Assembly (NCBI GenBank): GCA_951406725.2
Contig: OX597814.1
Span: forward strand, 147,932,001-147,996,000
DNA: 64,000 nucleotides
Source: Octopus vulgaris
Lineage: Eukaryota
Direction of reading: 5' to 3'
Positions 1 through 11,980 of this stretch are shown in pieces. The translations under genes were made by a program, and so were the position numbers. The notes under the pieces were generated by a model that was not told where the DNA came from, made no database searches, and worked only from the letters and a program-made list of their open reading frames with translations. Each line of letters starts with the position of its first letter. Positions within the stretch are counted from its first letter, which is position 1.

Positions 1-213
1 CCGTGGTATTGTTTTGCATTTATGATAAAATAAATATATACAAATTATAGAAATAATAATAATAAAACATATACGGTATAGTATTGTTTCTACTTCGCTG
101 ACTTTCACTTATCACAGGGGAGGATTTTGGAACGTAACACCCGCGATAGTCAAAGAATTGCTTTATTTTTAAACCTAAGTGTATACTTGTGAATTTTAGG
201 AATTTAGTATATG

Positions 214-309
<96 letters not shown>

Positions 310-904
310 GATTAGTACATTTGACTTCTATTATAAATCTTGGCTATGGAAGTCTGAAAACATGAATTTTCTTTACTACATCACAGTAATACAGTTTCTG
401 ACTATTATTGAACGATAGTCAATAGATAGTAATACGCCGGTGCAGACAGAAACACAGGCACATACACACGATCATAGAAAACCTATAGACGTAGCCAAGA
501 CGTGCACGTAAAACACTCACGCACAATTTTAACAACGTACTCACTTGAACGAACACACATACATAAGTTAACAAAAGAATAGATACACTTATATTACACA
601 TATAACATTTTCTGAATGATCCCGTATGAGCACTAGTTTTTTTGGTGCAATTGAAATGGAAATAATTTTTGCTGAGGGACACTAATGACTATGTTAATTC
701 ACTCTCTCTCTCTCTCTCTCTCACACACACATACACACACACATTTGGGATAGGGTTATTAAAAAGTAACAAAAAAAAACTGCTTCGTGGATATTTTAAA
801 TCAGAATTGACCATTACCAGTTAGCATTGATATGCAATCAAAACGTAAACAATTTCTAGTAGGAATGTTTCGTACTGGAAAGGTACTGCTGTCATTTATG
901 TTAC

Positions 905-1117
905 CAATACCACTGCCACAAACATCATCATCAGCAGCAGCAGCAGCATCACATTCATCATGCACAAACCATCATCAGGGACCCTAATCAACAGCTCTAC
1001 TGACCTTCATTATCACTAAACATCACAGCAATTGCGACAAGGTCTAGAACCTCTTACTAGCTTCGGAGAAAGTTTTGAAAACAATGGCAGACAAAAACGA
1101 TAGCAACCGCAAACACC

Positions 1118-1157
<40 letters not shown>

Positions 1158-1505
1158 TTTCATCACACACCTCGTTTACCATCCCGATCCTCACCATCAT
1201 CACTACTATACCACTTCAATTATGTCACTATCATGATTGTTACATTTATTACTACTAACTACTAATTCCGCTACTACTACTACTGCTGCTGCTACTACTA
1301 CTTACACTACTGCTGCTGCTAAAAATATCACTATCACCGCAATCTCCATCATCACATCAAAAAAAAATATACAAAGCAACAACGTGAGCGGATAAAGTAT
1401 GACCGACCTTAAACCTGACCCTTTCAAAACTTCCTATCTGTCACCACAGAGGGAGTGTGTGGGGCAGGGCGGATAGTGCAGGTGGGGGTGAAAGAGTGAC
1501 AAATT

Positions 1506-1540
<35 letters not shown>

Positions 1541-2159
1541 GACGCAAATATCAACCATGACTCCTATCACATAATCCCTCCACCCGACTTATCCCCTAAT
1601 CAAACCTCTCTCAGTATCACCCGCACGACCCACTTCGCATACAGCAACAATAACAACGACGACGACGATGACGATGATGACGACGGCAAGACCAACAAGA
1701 AGAAATAATCTTGTATCTCTCTGTAGAATCTTCATCCATTTTTGAGTTGTCAATCCAGACAAGAAAGAGAAAAAGGAAAAAAAAAAAACATCAAAAGAGT
1801 AAAAAAAAAAAACGGTTTAAAAAAATGCTTTTGCCTTCTCTTTTCCTTCTACCACTAACATTCTTGTTCTATGTCATTCTTTCACAACATTCTCATCTTC
1901 GACATCAACATCACTATCACTACCACCATATTCAATCATCATCATCAGCATCATCACCATCACTATTGACACATTCTTCATCAGGACCACTCCCGCCGCA
2001 TCCTCACCACCGTCATTGTCGTCTCTGCCACCAGCACCAGCGCCACCACCATCATCTTCGTCGTCGTCATCGCATCACCGCCTCCAGTAAGGTCACATTT
2101 ATCATAACTAACAATCACCACTTTTGCCACATTCATCACCACTACTACAACAACAAGCT

Positions 2160-2240
<81 letters not shown>

Positions 2241-3360
2241 CCAAATATGCAACTATAGCCACCTTCATATTCACAATCAGCATCATAACTACCACCATTA
2301 CCATCATCATCTTCACCATTATCGCCATCATCGCAATCGTCATCGGCGTTGACACCAATACTATCCAATAACCACACCATCACCATCCTCATGATCTTCC
2401 CTACCCTTACAATCTTCCCACTCTCCCTCCGCTTCATTCTTCTCCTTCTTCTGCCTCTCCTTATCGTCATCATCATCATCATTGTTTGCCGTCCTCAAAA
2501 TATTGAATTACATACAATCTATAACTCAGCAGTCACATTAATACCACAACCACCACCATCACCACCACCATCACCACCACCACCACCACCACCATTTCCA
2601 CGACTAACCATCTCTGCCATCACAACCACTACCACCAGCACCATCACAAGAACTAATAACACTACTACCACCACAACTACAACTACCCGCAATAAAGAAA
2701 CCTTTGCAATTATAACCAACATGAAGAGTGAGGCTCTACAAAGTCAATCGATATGATAGATATAGCAGCTAAAACTCCCTTATATCATGTCCTACCCACA
2801 TGCTTATATTACGATGTACTGGATTTTCTTGATGTGAAAAAAACCCCCGAAAAAACAAAAAAAAAACGGGTTGGTTTGGGCTGGTATGAGTTGATCACAG
2901 GTCTGCTCGATAATATTTGACCTAGGGCTAAATGACAACGGCAACGCCAACAGTAATGATCCTACCACCAACCTCAGCAGTCAAAAGTAATAATAGTAGA
3001 TCCCATAGTTCCTGCCTGGAAAACAAACAACACAATAAATACCAGCTGAGCAGAAGTGTCATTACCACCAACATGATACTACCTCCTGTAAAACACTCTC
3101 AACTTTCTCATTACTACACCCTCCACATCACACCATCATCACCACTAATTCTCTTATTGCTTCTTATCACACCATAACTGCCTTAGCTATTAATTACACC
3201 CGTTCCTAATAGTATCACCCTCCCACCACTACTCACTGACAACGTCATCTTCATAGCACTGAATATCCACACTTTCACCAACCATCACTATAAATGATAA
3301 CGACGTGATCGTTGATAATGACGATGATGACGATGAGGATGATGATGAGGAAGATGATGG
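905..3360. repeat. Cryptic trinucleotide low-complexity domain (CAT/CAC/TAC/CAA-rich)
   Basis: Runs of (tac)n, (cat)n, (cac)n, e.g. 2161-2240, with strong C/A bias on the + strand. It produces the poly-His/poly-Val/poly-Asp ORFs in the track. Confidence 0.9.
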
Positions 3361-3611
3361 AAATGAAGGAAAATGAGATGGATGGACGTTTTAATGATCT
3401 TTCTTCCCAGCACCTAACCCCTACGTTCAACTGACACAGATGTATTTACATTTTTTCTGAGCAAACACAGCCCAGACTATAGATTTTATAAAATAATGGT
3501 GTTGATATAAATATGAATAATCTGTGTTCTAGCGTAAGTACAAAGCCGATAATTTGGCGGGAAAAGACGACAATCGATTATATCAAACGTGGTATATAAC
3601 TGGTATTTTAT

Positions 3612-3719
3612 TGTAGCAAACCCGAAGGTATGAAGGGCTAAAGTAACCTCTGTAGCAAACCCGAAGGTATGAAGGGCAAATGTAACCTCTGTAGCAAACC
3701 CGAAGGGCAAAATAACCTC
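3612..3719. repeat. 39-bp minisatellite, about 2.8 copies, resembling the Meta-like SINE domain
   Basis: Unit tgtagcaaacccgaaggtatgaagggcwaawgtaacctc at 3612-3650 and 3651-3689, shortened copy at 3690-3719. Resembles ccccgaaaggatgaaaggcaaagtcgacctc of the SINE at 14401-14631. Confidence 0.85.
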
Positions 3720-3819
3720 TACGAGATGGGATCACAGCATTAAAAAAATCCTCGGAGCAAATACAACTAGGTATTCTCTTCGACACTCTACAGATTTTGC
3801 AAATAATAATCATAATATA

Positions 3820-4038
3820 CATTTCCTGTTTTGCCACAAGGCCAGCAAGCTCGGGGAAAAGTTAAACCGACTACGTCGACCGCAGTGCGCAGCTGGAACT
3901 TATTTTAACGATCCCCGTAAAGAATGAAAGGCAAAGTCGACCACAGCAGAATCTAAAGTGAGAACAAGAGGGTAGGGGAGGGAAAGGTCACCAAGCATTT
4001 TCTCTGGCGCGTTAAAGATTCTGCCAGGATCACTGCCT
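3820..4038 (-). mobile_element. Degenerate Meta-domain-like tRNA-derived SINE
   Basis: atttcctgttttgccacaagg...ccccgtaaagaatgaaaggcaaagtcgacc...ctgccaggatcactgcctt is colinear with the 14401-14631 copy. Confidence 0.75.
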
Positions 4039-4058
4039 TGATAATAATAATGATAATG

Positions 4059-4420
4059 ATTTCTTTTATTCACCACAAGGACAATATCAAAGGACGAGTT
4101 ACGGCACACAAGACCAAAAAACAGCTGGTGGGGGGTTACATGACAGTTTTATATTTAAGAGATGAGGAATTATGTACGTTATTTACATTTGACGGATATT
4201 TGTCCTCATCTTGTTGTTAACACAACGATTCGGCTGATATACCCTCCAACCTTCATCAGGTGTCCTGGGGAAATTTCGAACCTGGGTTCTCATTCCTAAG
4301 GTATTTTTCGATATTATTATTATTATTATTATTCAAGTTACTGCCTGGAATCCGAACTCGGAATCTTGGGGTTAGTAGCCTGCGCTCTTAACCACTACGC
4401 CACATGCCCACGGGCATATG
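4059..4420 (-). mobile_element. Composite tRNA-headed SINE-like element carrying a hammerhead-like motif
   Basis: Minus strand: tRNA-like head tggcgtagtggttaagagcgc...gagttcggattcc (A/B boxes), then (aat)n, a hammerhead-like fold at 4219-4264, and 3' end cttgtggtgaataaaagaaat resembling the Meta-like SINE terminus. Confidence 0.7.
4219..4264 (-). ncRNA. Minimal type I hammerhead-ribozyme-like motif (core variant)
   Basis: RNA reads GACAC-CUGAUGA-A-GGUUGG-agggUaUa-UCAGCC-GAAU-C-GUU-GUGUU. Stem I GACAC/GUGUU, 6-bp stem II, GAAA changed to GAAU. Confidence 0.6.
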
Positions 4421-5148
4421 GTGTGTGTAAATACACACACATACACACACACACACATATATATATATATATGCATACACATACACATATATATATATAT
4501 ATGCATATATCCACACCCGTGAATATATCTATTAAAACGTAAATTTTTTTTTTAATATATGCTTTCTGACGTCTCCTTCTTTTGGATACATGTTTGTAAC
4601 GAAAATACGTACATGTAATTGTATACTTACTTTGATTTCATTAGCATGTAATAAATTAATCAACGTATGGTTACCACTGTTATTTATTCATGAAGACGTG
4701 GGCTCAAAATTTTAAACCACTGGAAACTTTCGAGAAAAGCTGAAAATTCGAGAAAACACGATATGGCAACTTTTGATGCCTTTAGCTTCAGCATCAAACG
4801 ATAATAATTAAATTCAGAAGGAGGCTATAAAACTTGTGGCAACGCCGGTGGACATAAACAGATAGATATCAATATATACAAAGCAGTTTCGATATAATTT
4901 AGTTTCTTCTCTTCACTGCTGAGGAAGGTGAGATATGTAGCTATGTAATTTATATACATATTTCTACTATAAATATGGGACCTATGTCCAGGTAAAGAAT
5001 GTATAGGGTATGTATGTTTATTTATATGTATGTATATCGGCACCTTAGATTTGATTCCATTCTACTCCTTTGCGCTTTATGCAAAATCTTTGCTGGAAAG
5101 AATGTTCTCGTTATATCTCCGAAACTTTGTTTCTTATTGCTAATATAT

Positions 5149-5314
5149 ATAGGCGTAGGAGTGGCTGTGTGGTAAGTAGCTTGCTAACCAACCACATGGT
5201 TCCGGGTTCAGTACCACTGCGTAGCACATTGGGCAAGTGTCTTCTACAATAGCCTCGGGCTGGCCTAAGCCTTGTGAGTGGATTTGGAAGACGGAAACTA
5301 AAAAGAAGCCCATC

Positions 5315-5368
<54 letters not shown>

Positions 5369-5590
5369 GCGTGTGTATATGTTTGTGTGTCAGTGTTTGT
5401 CCCCCCAATATCGCTTGACAATCGATTCTGGTGAGTTTAATTCCCTGTAACTTAGCACTTCGGCAAAAGAGACCGATAGAATAAGTACTAGGCTTACAAA
5501 GAATAAGTCCTGGGCTTGAGTTGCTTGACTAAAGGCGGTGTTCCAGCTTGGCCACAGTCAAATGACCGAAACAAGTAAAAGAGTAAAAGC
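5149..5590 (+). mobile_element. CORE-like tRNA-derived SINE (octopus OR-type), full length, with internal (TA)n/(TG)n
   Basis: Head ggcgtaggagtggctgtgtggtaagtagcttgc...gggttcagt, CORE-like ttgggcaagtgtcttc, internal microsatellite about 5317-5390, tail ending aaatgaccgaaacaagtaaaagagtaaaag. Several homologous copies in the window. Confidence 0.9.
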
Positions 5591-6329
5591 GTATATATGA
5601 TGTGCATACAATCCGAGTAGGTCACAGTACTTTTTAAAAAGTTTGAAAAATACTCACAGTTTAGTTAAAGGCAAAAATATTTCAATAATGTCGATAAAAA
5701 AGAACACCTGTTATTTATTATGCCAGTAGTAGTTTTAATAGTAGATTCAGCTTCTTAAAAGAACCTTGTAGTCATTCTATGTTTGTTTGAAACATCAAAC
5801 AAGAATATCAGGCATCGATCTCGATTCGATTGAATTATTAATATCTAAAAGTAAGTGCTTTTCATCTGAAGTCTTGAAACTCAATGATAATATTTTTTCT
5901 CCGTTTCTTGGTAATGAGAACTGAGTTATGTGTATATTGAATTGGCTGATGATTTTCTTGATGTAGACATTAATCAAAAATAAGGTAGGGATTTCTAACG
6001 TAGATTTCCCAATGCAACACAATTTAGGCTATGCATATGGGTGATTCATTCGACCGCTTCAGATTTTTGACTAAACAATGCACACGATGTTCAACGCTCA
6101 ACAAACCGTCACTCGCATAATAGCAAAATACTTATTCAATTAAATACTGAAAAAACAAAATAGTCATGAAGAAGGTAGTGCCCATAGCGCATTGCAGGAC
6201 CTCCGAAACTGGAGAGAGAAGGTGGAGAAGGTATTCTCAAACCAGAAATCTGGCCCTGAATGGATAAGACAAAATAGACACATTTAGAGGATGTTAGGTG
6301 TTGGTATTAAAATGGTATTAAAATGGAGA

Positions 6330-7370
6330 AAGTCTCTATTCCAAGTAAGCTGAGGCAGGATTTGACCCAGAACTAAAAATAACTGAACGAACACCACAAG
6401 GTGTTCTGCCAATCAACCGCCTTGAAATAGCATTTTTCGAATAACATCGAGGGAATGGAAGGCGAGGTTGATCTTTGCAGAATTTGAAATTAGCGCCCAG
6501 AGAAGAAAAACAAATATCACGAACGATTATGTCCGACGCTCTGACGGCTGTGACGTTTCGCTTCCTACACCAAGGAATTTTTGTTCATGGGGAAGGAACA
6601 GTTCATTATATTGAGATCAGTACCTATCTAATAGTTACATTCTCTCAGGCAATCATAAACGCCAAATAGATCGCAACAACATTTTAATTCAGGAAGTAAA
6701 ATCATTTATTAAATAGCTACTAGTTTGTCTATTTGTGACGATTCCGCCATCCCACTACGCTTTTAATAACAATGATTCAAAAATTTAATGATGATAATGA
6801 TTACCAGCAAACTTCAAGTAGGGACCGGAGATGTCAGTCTATTAAATCAACCCCAATATTTTACTGATACGCTATTTTACCGGTATTGTAATGATTAAAA
6901 CCAATGTTGGCCCTAAAATATAGATCGGAAATAGACGTAATGAAACACCACATGGAACATTCTTTATCAGCAATTTAATGGTTTGCGGGCCCATTCTATT
7001 ATCCCCAGCTCTGTACTTAACCGATGTTTTCTTTACTGCATCCATGAATAATTATAGGTTAGAGAGGAAACTTTGCATCTCACATACGCAAAAGCAACGT
7101 GTTTTCGGAGAAAAGAGATAGTCCATTACAACAGTAGCAGTACATGGTTGACACTTAATTTTTTGAACCGTTGTAAGCAAAAAATAAAGCAAGGATGACA
7201 AGTAGAGGATTTGAACCGAAGACATAGGGAGACGTAATTGAATACCACAAGCCATTCAGTCCGGTACTTCAAGGCAAAGGTTACAGATTTGATGGGAGTG
7301 AACTGTCAACTAATTCGACCTCAGTGTTTGACTTGTACATTATTTGATCAAACTGAAAGACAAAATAATA
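6330..7370 (-). mobile_element. Cluster of highly decayed Meta-like SINE fragments
   Basis: Degenerate matches such as ggaatggaaggcgaggttgatctttgcagaatttgaa (about 6452), aatcaaccccaatattttactgatac (about 6846) and tcgacctcagtgtttgacttgtac (about 7315). Confidence 0.45.
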
Positions 7371-7620
7371 ATATTATTAATATTAATAATAATGAATATG
7401 ACGTCAATGGAATTTGATATTCGCGTTGCTAGATTCTTTTTGTTAGTATTGTTGCTTTGTTCATTGCTGCAGTTGGCGTTGTTGTTGCTTCTGTTGTCAA
7501 GCTATGAATTATTAATTGCATGTTCTCAATCATGCTGCTGGAAATGCATTTGCAGATATAGTGCTCATAATTTATCACCATGTATCCCACACTCTTTCAG
7601 TGGTCTTGTCTCTCATCTCA

Positions 7621-7625
<5 letters not shown>

Positions 7626-7685
<60 letters not shown>
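7626..7685. repeat. (CT)n microsatellite
   Basis: Direct reading of the sequence. Confidence 0.95.
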
Positions 7686-7687
<2 letters not shown>

Positions 7688-8630
7688 ATTTTAGTATCTT
7701 TTTCTCAGTGAAATGTATATTTTGTTTCTCTCATTAAAACAATTTCCTGAATGTCATCATTAGCCTCAACCGACGTCGTTTCTATGTGGCAGCCACCCAT
7801 TCTGATAATTGCTAGTTAACTACTGAGATGATGATCCCTGCAGCAATCTCAAGGGATCTTGTATCACATCGCTATATATCTGATATTTCAAATTTGAAAA
7901 ACAAATTCCACTAGCATCTCAAAGTTTTCTGTTTTCGATAATATTTTAAGGTTTCAGTTCTTTTTCTTTTTCTTCTCTTGTCACGGGTGTTTATACTGTC
8001 GGCGGCACATTGTTGTGTTTCTAAGCTAGAAATTCAACCTATTTCACTTCACTTAACAGACTAACAGAAGACGTATCCTTTTCACATAAAACTATATAAT
8101 CCGAGTGTAAGCTTCAGCAAAGTACGTGAATCAAGTCAACTGAATGGACACAAAAGCACAGCTGACTCGGCATAGAAAGATGAAAGAGAAAATTAATTCT
8201 GGCGTGTATCCAACTTTACACACTAGAGGGACGAAAATATGTACTTCAAAATATCTAGTTGAAATACGCTGAAGCATATTAGTTAAATTCTTCTTCGTTC
8301 TCTAAGTAGTATAATGTAGTTCGCTTTGTGCTTTCTAGTTTTCTTCCATTGTATTGCTCACTAACATAAAGCATAGAAAATTCAAATGTGGTTTTAACAG
8401 TAAGACTAGACTATTATATGTATCCCCCTTTTTGCTTTGACCCCTTGAGACGTGAGTAAATACTTCGGAAGGGTTTGAACTGAAGATGTAAAGGGTGGAA
8501 ATGAAATATCAGCTTCTTAGATTCTAATTTATTGCCGTTTAAATCAATTATAGCGCTACTGCTACCAAATATCACCACACAGAGATGAATGTCAAAGTGG
8601 ATGTTTGAATAGGAAATCATGGTGGATCGC

Positions 8631-8708
<78 letters not shown>

Positions 8709-9224
8709 GGCACTGTAAATATATATGTTTTATTCATTTTTATTCACTCATGCTAATGAAGTGATATTACAATTCAATAAGGAGCTTCTAAGTCAGTGTT
8801 TATCAACCCTTTTTAGCCTTGCGTAACACATAAAATGATGAATGTAATATCTCAAGGAACCCCTGCTCCTCAAAAATAAATTATATGCCATATCTTTATC
8901 ATATTTTTCATCGTAGTTCACGTGGTAAACATCATATACATATACACACACACTAACTTAAAAGCCGCCCGACAGGGCTGCTTTTAAACTAGCTCCTGTG
9001 GAGGGTACTTCATTGGGCCTTGGGCCCGAACAATGACATTTCATGCATTGAGTACATATTAAATTTCATTATACTTGACCGATATTGTTCAAGCGGTAAA
9101 CAATTTTCATCAAAACAATGATATAATTTGTCGACTTGGAACTTATTGCAAAGCTGCATGATAAACAGCATTTTTTGTCTTCCCATTCAGGGGTCAGTAC
9201 AATTTTTTTTCTATCTAACCTATT

Positions 9225-9287
<63 letters not shown>

Positions 9288-9742
9288 ATTGTTTCCAACC
9301 ATCACCAGTATCACCACCATTTCCACCACAAATGCCATGCATACACCATACAGACTTCTGACGCTACTACCACCATCACCACTGTCTTTCCCATCGCTTA
9401 CTATCACCATTTTCCCTGACTTCTTCAGCTACCATCAACACCACCACCGTCGCCACTGCCTCTATCATAGCTACAGCTCATACTATTACTATCACCCTAT
9501 TACCATCACAACCACAAATCTACTACCATCTCTACTATTACTCACATCCCAACATGAGCAATATATATATATATATATATATATATATCTTTTAAAGTGA
9601 ATGTGAGGCGTCGGTAAAAGTAGGCTGAAGAAATCTGAGGTAGAATCACGCAATGAAATATACCCTTCCAATTTTACGTCGGAAGAATGAGATTGCAGGA
9701 ATATAATACTCATATTTCTGGCAGATCGGGTAATTTCATGAG

Positions 9743-9859
9743 CAGCGTTTCTCAACCGGGGTTCCTCGAAACCCTAGGGTTCTGCAAAAATCTCCTATGG
9801 GTTCCCCAAGAAAGAGTTAGCCAAGCTAATGCTAATTTCATGATCATAATATTACTATA
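9743..9859 (+). mobile_element. Probable hAT-like non-autonomous transposon end
   Basis: Begins cagcgtttctcaaccggggttcc, resembling hAT/Charlie-type termini. A similar start cagtgtttatcaacc lies at 8794. No matching opposite end found. Confidence 0.4.
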
Positions 9860-11499
9860 CATACACAACGTATTATTGGTTATTGTACTATTGTAATATA
9901 GACAACATCCTATCTAACCTATTATATTATCAAAAATATATATAACCATTATATATCTAATATAATAAATGGGAAACTAATTTCTATGTGTCACTGTGTC
10001 ACACACCCACTATTCATTGACACTCCTACTATTGCTCATGTTGGGATGTGAGTAATAGTAGAGAAGGTAGTAGGGTTCCTCGAAACCCTAGGGTTCTGCA
10101 AAAATCTCCTATGGGTTCCCCAAGAAAGAGTTAGCCAAGCTAATGCTAATTTCATGATCATAATATTACTATAATATTACTATATATATATATAAATGGT
10201 GAGATAACAAAAGAAAGAAAGAGACCTCGATATTATGTGAATAGAGGATGTATCTGTAAATCTAATATGTGACAGTTATTCGGTAGCCATGATAAAACTC
10301 CGAGTTTCGGATGCCGAGGTGAAGTTTTATTCACTGTTATTCACACCCTATTCTGAAGTAATCCACATCGCACCGAAATAGTATCATCTCCAACTGGTGG
10401 TGAGCGCACTCACCCTTGAGAAACTGTTGTATACTGAATATGTTCGCCATGATATGCAAGTAGTGTTAGTTTAATTTATTAGTATTTAGTTTAAAACACC
10501 CTACGCAGAAAATATTTAGAATGGATAACTTTGGATTGAGAACAAAACCTAAATTTTACATTTTTGCTCATGTTTTTCGTACACATTGCTCAAATTTTTA
10601 CTAACACGTTTTTCTCTTTCCTGGCCAGCTGTTAGCTTATTTTACTTTGAATATCGTTATATTCCATGCGATATAATAGTAAAAGAAAAAAAGAGAAGAA
10701 AATTGTGAGGTCTGTCAATACAGAAATATTTGTTCCCTCCGTAATAAGTATATATGGACAATTCTCTTTGATCTCCTTGTCAATCTCGACAGGAATTTCC
10801 CAGATGACAGTTGCTAAGTGATTACCATATGCATATACTATGCTTGGTATATGCTTAACCTATTTCATATTTGTTATCACGTCGAAGTGTCAACGTATTT
10901 CCCAGTTGACACTGAAGTCGATTCAACCGTGTAAGTTCATACACTTGGAATACACTTGGGTCAGGCAGACGATTGCGTGGATCAGTTCAATTTACATATT
11001 TTACTACATACCTATGTTAACGAGTACTTTTGAGTAGAATATGCTTGACAGAAACTGTTCCAAAGCCCATCGCGCGATATATATATATATATATACATAC
11101 ACGTGTTACATCAACGAAGTCCTTTGTGATAATGAAATATTTTGCACTAAGTTAGAGATGCTCCCTTGTCACTGACAGAAATGGACTGAACTTATTTTTG
11201 GCCAGTGGGGATACTGCAAATGATGACGTTATTAACAAATTGCGACGAAAGAATTAATAATAAAATAAAGGTAAAAAAATGTTCTCACCGTACTAATTGC
11301 ATAGCCTGCATACGATAATTATCTTCTGCTACATTATATTTCTTGTTCATTCATTATTTGTGATTAGCTGTTTATTCTCTGCAGTTAAAATCAGAGCTTC
11401 CATGTCTGTTTTTAGCACAGATATGAAAAAAAAAAACAAAAACAAAAAAAAAACTGCTTTCTCATTAGCTTGCATCCCATTTGTCTAGTCGTTCTTCAG

Positions 11500-11980
11500 T
11501 GCCTTATATGTCTTTAGCGAAGGCTGGAGGTGTTCGACAATGACTGTCTCCACCGCATTCTTCGCTGCCGACGCATTGATCGGGTTCCTACAGCTGGTCT
11601 TCGTCATCACCTGAATCTCCGGCCCCTTCCTTCGGTGCTTCTACAACGGCGCTTAAAGTAGTTCGGTCATGCGGCCCGGCGTCCAGAGGGTGAGCTGATT
11701 CGCGATGTCCTCCTCCCACCTCCACTTCCCAACTGGTGCAAACGCAAGGGCAGGCAGCTGAAGACCTGGGCAACGACGATAAAGGAGGACCTCTCCGAAC
11801 TCTCAGGTTCGCAGGTGGTCGGTCTGCGCAGATGGAACAGAGATTGGCTCGCTATCTCCAGTGACTTCGCACAGGAACGCCGAGCGTGGGCCGCCGTGAT
11901 TCGTGATGATATCAGGACCAAAGAAGAAGCTTGCTCAACCCGCCCTGGGTTAACGCCGTCACAAGTACAAGTAAAGTACT
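11500..11980 (+). mobile_element. RTE-clade LINE, 5'-truncated 3' end (frameshifted/stopped)
   Basis: Translates as RRLEVFDNDCLHRILRCRRIDRVP...RLK*FGHAARRPEGELIRDVLLPPPLPNWCKRKGRQLKTWATTIKEDL...AQERRAWAAVIRD, typical of an RTE C-terminus. Ends in the short tandem tail acaagtacaagtaaagta. Confidence 0.85.

Noticed and set aside
1711-2756. 213-aa His-rich ORF and overlapping ORFs
   Set aside because: Explained by triplet repeats that are open in several frames on both strands. No domain, and the 213-aa ORF has a non-ATG start.
3612-3719. CRISPR-like appearance of 39-bp repeats
   Set aside because: Head-to-tail units without unique spacers, SINE-like sequence, eukaryotic context, no cas genes.
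8958-8990. Bacterial-type intrinsic terminator
   Set aside because: Eukaryotic context with no upstream gene; a transposon-end hairpin is more plausible.
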